Shown here in pieces: positions 59,711-64,000 of a DNA stretch of 64,000 nt (its first letter is position 1; each line of letters begins with the position of its first letter). Under the pieces are notes generated by a model. That model was given only the letters and a program-made list of their open reading frames with translations. It was not told the DNA's origin and searched no databases. The stretch spans positions 6,625-70,624 of the forward strand of contig JABIDK010000014.1 of assembly GCA_018651725.1 (NCBI GenBank), in the 5' to 3' direction. A program made the position numbers and the translations under genes. The DNA comes from Candidatus Falkowbacteria bacterium. GTDB taxonomy: Bacteria; Patescibacteriota; Patescibacteriia; JAACEG01.

Positions 59711-61012
59711 ATGGGGCATATTAACTCAAGAAGTTACTTAAAACTTCAAAAAAGATTAGATGATGCACCGCAAGGAGCGCCGGAATCTGAGAGTTTGTAT
59801 AAAATATTAAAGGTATTTTTTACAAAAGAAGAAGCAGGTCTGGTGTCTGTTTTGCCGATGAATTTTTTTACAATAGAAAAAGCAGCTAAACTGTGGAAGA
59901 AGAAGGAAGGTGAAACCGAGGAGATTTTAAATAAGTTGGCCGGGAAAGGAATTCTATTTGATTTTTCAAATAAAAAAATCAGAGCTTTTATAGTGACTCC
60001 GACTATGGCCGGATTTTTTGAGTTCGCGATTATGCGAACCGACGGCAAATTTGATCACCAAATTTTAAGTGAACTTTTTTATCAATACATAAATACGGAA
60101 GAAGATTATATTAAAAAAGTTTTTACAATAAACCCTCCATTGGATAGAATTTTTGTCCACGAAGAAGTTATTCAAAAAAAAGATAAGACTATTGTTTTGG
60201 ACTTTGAAAGGGCTTCTAAAATTATTAAAGAAGCCAGTTTCGTGACAGTCAGCAATTGTTATTGTCGGCACAAGAAAGAACATTTGGGCACAGCCTGTGA
60301 TAATCCGCAAAAAGTTTGTTTAACTTTGAATAAAGCGGCTGAAAGTTTGGCAAAGCATGGTATAGCAGAAAAAATCAGCAATGAAGAAGGTTTAAAAATT
60401 CTCAAAGAGTGTAAAGGTTTGGGTTTGGTTCAACTTGGGGACAATATTCAAAACGATGTTAACTGGATTTGTAATTGTTGCTCATGCTGTTGCGATGGTC
60501 TTAGTGCTTACAGGCGGTTGGGTTATAATCCAAAAATAGAGAGTAATTTTATTTCCAATCCTAGTAATGACAAATGCACGGGCTGTAATATTTGTGTTAA
60601 GAAATGTCCGGTTGAAGCTATTAAGTTAAAGAGTAATAATAATAAATTTTACATAGAAATAGATAAGCAAAGATGTATCGGTTGCGGGGTTTGCGCTAGG
60701 TTTTGTTCATTTGAAAATATAAAAATGGAAAGAAGAGAAAAACTAAACTTTATCCCAATCGACACTTTTGAAAGATATATAGTAGGCGCAATAGATAAAG
60801 GAGAAGTGCAAAATTTGCTTTTTGATAACTATACCTTATGGACTCATGAAATGTTGAGAAGATTTTTAGGTATTATTTTAAACCTAAAACCAGCCAAAAG
60901 ACTGCTCGCCACCAAACAAATGAGATCGATTTTTATGAACACTCTAACCAAAACAGGCAAATACGAGTTGTTTGATAAAATATTTAATAATGGGAGGAAA
61001 GTTAAGTATTAA
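59711..61012 (+). CDS. 4Fe-4S dicluster-domain protein
   Basis: CYCR, ICNCCSCCC, CTGCNICVKKCP and CIGCGVCARFC ferredoxin motifs. Confidence 0.88.
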   Translation: MGHINSRSYLKLQKRLDDAPQGAPESESLYKILKVFFTKEEAGLVSVLPMNFFTIEKAAKLWKKKEGETEEILNKLAGKGILFDFSNKKIRAFIVTPTMAGFFEFAIMRTDGKFDHQILSELFYQYINTEEDYIKKVFTINPPLDRIFVHEEVIQKKDKTIVLDFERASKIIKEASFVTVSNCYCRHKKEHLGTACDNPQKVCLTLNKAAESLAKHGIAEKISNEEGLKILKECKGLGLVQLGDNIQNDVNWICNCCSCCCDGLSAYRRLGYNPKIESNFISNPSNDKCTGCNICVKKCPVEAIKLKSNNNKFYIEIDKQRCIGCGVCARFCSFENIKMERREKLNFIPIDTFERYIVGAIDKGEVQNLLFDNYTLWTHEMLRRFLGIILNLKPAKRLLATKQMRSIFMNTLTKTGKYELFDKIFNNGRKVKY

Positions 61013-61045
61013 TTTGCAAAAAATACATATAAACAATAAAATTAT

Positions 61046-63049
61046 ATGAACAAATTTGAAATGGAGATTCCTGACGTTCCTGAAGTGTCAGAAAAAAATA
61101 ACAATCAAGAACAACCATCTAAGATTTTAAAACCTGAAGAAATTATTAAGGTTGAGGCAAAAAGCAGTGTAATAAGTAATGATGCTAGAGTCGGTAATAA
61201 TGAGTTACGAAAATACACAAAAAAATATTATTCAAAAGAAAGATTAAGGACTGCTTCTGAAATTAAAGAAATTAGAAGTAATTTTTTTTCTAATAAGGAA
61301 AAAATCAGAGAGCAAATTTTTTTCATACTTAGGCAACTTGAAGAAAAAAAGACAATGCTTGATATTATACAAAATGAGGTACAAATTTTAGAAAAAAATA
61401 TTAGTAGCAAGAGCAGTTCTTTATTTTCTCAAGTTTTTAGGTACTTTGAGATAAAGAAATTAGAAGAAACTCTTAATGAAAAAGAGCCAAAATTTGAAGA
61501 ATTTCAACAAGAAGTACAAGAAATGCTGCAGCAAAAAGCTCTATTGAGTGAACAGTTGGAAGTAAAACAAAATCTCCAAGAGTTAAAAGCTAAAGTGCAA
61601 ATATTCTATGATAATCATATTGGTGATTTTGAAAAATATACAGAAGAAGAAGGTGCCATTGAATTAGAGAGACTAGAAAAGGAAGAGGAGGGGCGCCAAG
61701 TAGAAAATATCATGTCAGAATATAATGGCTATTTTGTACATGGAATAAAACATCGATGGTCCCCCGAAGGTAATTCATTAATTAAGGAAAAGGCTTCATT
61801 TGAATCAAAACTAAAAATATTTTTATCTCTTGAACCAACTAGCTCTACATCAGTTATTCAAGTTGGCGATGACGCCGATGATATGTGGGAACAAATGGGA
61901 TTACTCTTATCACGCGGCAGAGTAGATGCCGCATATTCTAGAGACACCGGCACAGTAGCAAAGGATGCTAACACCCGTACACATAGAGCTGGAGGGTTAA
62001 ATTTTGAAAATATTAAAAAAAGTATTGCTGGAGACACGGCATCTGCAGGAGGGACAGGATATAATGAGTTTGTCGTATCAAATCCAGGAGTGGCTGGAAT
62101 GTATTTAACTGCTGACAGAGAAGATAGCACAACTACAATATCTGATAAAGAATTTTTTGCATTAGCGAATAAACTTAAATTACCAACTTATTATATAAAA
62201 AATGGTGAAGTCTTTTCTACTAATTTTAGTAATAAAGAAGAGTTAATAATTGGAGAAAAAATAGATCCTAAAAAGCTCAGTGAAAAAGAGTATGGGTTTT
62301 CAGACGAAGAAAAAGAAGAAATGTTTGATGATGTTTTTGAAGAAGAAATGCCTTTTAAAGCTGAAACAATTTTATTTGAAGCAAGAAATTTCGCTGGACG
62401 AAACGCTGGTCAAGAACATTATTTAAGGGTTATAAAAGATAAATTAAAAGATACAAAATTTAGAAAAAAAATATCCAAAACAGAATTAGGTGTTACTTCT
62501 GGTGATGATTATTCAATCGATAATCTATTTAAATCTGACGTTTATTTAATTAAAGAAATAATATACCCCGAAGGAAATAAAAAAAGATATTTTAAAAATA
62601 ATGATCAAGTTTTTGTTCAGTATTATGATTTTAAAAAAGATAAATATAGCAATAATTTCTCTACGGTAGATTCTAAATATACATTACCAAATCATATTGC
62701 TCTTAGCTATTCCAGGGGGTTGTTATTTGAAAAATCAGTAGATAATGTTACTCTATATTTAAGTGAAGTAAAAAAATTCATTGAAGATTTACAAGAAAAA
62801 ATGCAAAATGTCAACATGACCGATGAGGTAAATCAAAAAAACTACAAAGAAACGTTGATGAAATTAACTTACCATCTTTACGGTTTTGCCGATACAGCTA
62901 AAGCATTTGGAGATGAAGAGACTTATCAAAAGACAATCAAAATTGCTGATTCTGTGGTCCCCTTATTGGATTATCAGAGAAATGTTAATAAAAGACTAGA
63001 TGAGCAGGGAAAGTTTATTATTTATAAAGAAGATTTTTATGATAAATAA
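61046..63049 (+). CDS. Large hypothetical protein (coiled coil plus globular domain)
   Basis: 667 aa; coiled coil around aa 85-215; FVHG, STS and YNEFVV motifs. Confidence 0.8.
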   Translation: MNKFEMEIPDVPEVSEKNNNQEQPSKILKPEEIIKVEAKSSVISNDARVGNNELRKYTKKYYSKERLRTASEIKEIRSNFFSNKEKIREQIFFILRQLEEKKTMLDIIQNEVQILEKNISSKSSSLFSQVFRYFEIKKLEETLNEKEPKFEEFQQEVQEMLQQKALLSEQLEVKQNLQELKAKVQIFYDNHIGDFEKYTEEEGAIELERLEKEEEGRQVENIMSEYNGYFVHGIKHRWSPEGNSLIKEKASFESKLKIFLSLEPTSSTSVIQVGDDADDMWEQMGLLLSRGRVDAAYSRDTGTVAKDANTRTHRAGGLNFENIKKSIAGDTASAGGTGYNEFVVSNPGVAGMYLTADREDSTTTISDKEFFALANKLKLPTYYIKNGEVFSTNFSNKEELIIGEKIDPKKLSEKEYGFSDEEKEEMFDDVFEEEMPFKAETILFEARNFAGRNAGQEHYLRVIKDKLKDTKFRKKISKTELGVTSGDDYSIDNLFKSDVYLIKEIIYPEGNKKRYFKNNDQVFVQYYDFKKDKYSNNFSTVDSKYTLPNHIALSYSRGLLFEKSVDNVTLYLSEVKKFIEDLQEKMQNVNMTDEVNQKNYKETLMKLTYHLYGFADTAKAFGDEETYQKTIKIADSVVPLLDYQRNVNKRLDEQGKFIIYKEDFYDK

Positions 63050-63093
63050 TTAATTTATAATTAAGCGATTGAATTCGCGAAACGTACAACCAT

Positions 63094-64000
63094 ATGAATA
63101 AATTTGAACAATGTCCATCTAATATTCCGGAAGTGCCGGAAGAAGCTGATAATCAAGAAAAACCCTTTGAGATTTTAAAAGATATTTTAAAACCTGAAGA
63201 AATTATTAGGATTGAGGCAAAAGGAGAAAAAAGAGAAGGAAGTTTGCCTATTTTATATATTCCGGGATGGGGAGAAACAAGTGAATCCACTAGTCCGCTT
63301 TTGGATGTGTTATCACAAGATAATGACGTTATTTCTTTTGACCAACCAAGAGAAGAAAGAATCGATAAAGACTTTGCAAAAAATAAATTCGAAGGAGAGT
63401 TTTCAGCTCTGCAATTACAGAAAGCCTTTGCAGTAATCGAAGCAATTAAAAAGTCTGGTTACAATCAGGTCGATGCTGTTGGTGCGTCAGAGGGAGGAGC
63501 AGTGTTGGCGACGGCTGCTTATCTTGCTCCAGAAAAGTTTAGAAATATAACACTCATGGAGCCTGCCGGGATGATGGGCAAGGATTCTTTTTTTAAATTA
63601 GCGAAAAGATTTGGCATAGATCACGCCAAGCAAAATAGAGAAAGACCAGAAGAACAACAAGAGCAAGTCGCAACAGGTAAGGCGGATTTTAGAAAATTTT
63701 GGAAAAAAAATTTACTTCAGTCTGTTAAAGAAATAAAGGAAATGTCGGAAGCTGACATAACAGATATGATTGCCGGACTTCACGAGCTGGGGATTGGAAT
63801 TTCTCTGGTAAATCATGTTAATAGCAAAGTTTTTGATAGTGATGCTGTTCAAAAAGAAATATCAAAAAAACTGGTTGACCGAAGCGGTGATGAGCATAAA
63901 GTATTGGTTGATGGAGTTTATACTATAATGTCTAAAAGAGAAAACGAAGACGGAGAAATGGAAACTTACGATGGTGGACACGCTGATATCAGATATGATA
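63094..64000 (+). CDS. Alpha/beta hydrolase (3'-truncated by window edge; missing from ORF track)
   Basis: ATG 63094: MNKFEQ...ILYIPGWG...VDAVGASEGG (GxSxG)...PEKFRNITLMEPAG. Confidence 0.8.
   Translation, partial: MNKFEQCPSNIPEVPEEADNQEKPFEILKDILKPEEIIRIEAKGEKREGSLPILYIPGWGETSESTSPLLDVLSQDNDVISFDQPREERIDKDFAKNKFEGEFSALQLQKAFAVIEAIKKSGYNQVDAVGASEGGAVLATAAYLAPEKFRNITLMEPAGMMGKDSFFKLAKRFGIDHAKQNRERPEEQQEQVATGKADFRKFWKKNLLQSVKEIKEMSEADITDMIAGLHELGIGISLVNHVNSKVFDSDAVQKEISKKLVDRSGDEHKVLVDGVYTIMSKRENEDGEMETYDGGHADIRYD

Noticed and set aside
63212-63436. 74-aa ORF in the track
   Set aside because: Off-frame inside the alpha/beta hydrolase that starts at 63094.

Overview
AT-rich bacterial chromosome segment read in genetic code 11. 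Gene content and style (short SMC, ComM, PilB, mostly SD-less core genes, many orphan proteins) suggest a Patescibacteria/CPR (Parcubacteria-like) genome; the taxonomy is an inference. The window holds the replication origin region (dnaA-oriC-dnaN, with DnaA boxes and DnaA-trio-like repeats), many housekeeping genes (ftsH, ruvA, murE, rnj, rplS, rpsP, rlmN, smc, gatB, topA, trxB, uppS, rpmG, nusB, rpmF, gyrA, polA, ndk, gyrB), six tRNAs, a thymidylate-metabolism cluster and several single-gene accessory units. No CRISPR array, rRNA, transposase, integrase or reverse transcriptase was seen. Most interesting: (1) a 690-aa protein beside dnaA whose last ~130 nt look like a diversity-generating retroelement (DGR) variable region, with no RT or template repeat in the window; (2) a 26-aa Ile/Val/Leu-rich leader ORF with terminator/antiterminator geometry ahead of two tiny coupled ORFs; (3) a ~400-nt structured non-coding unit with its own promoter and terminator, next to a second phased DnaA-box cluster; (4) short palindromic and heptamer repeats sitting in frame inside core proteins; (5) a shared N-terminal block on two otherwise unrelated neighbouring proteins; (6) accessory genes with strong SD and boxA-like leaders, including a lone FabB. 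All protein calls come from motif recognition by eye, without database searches.
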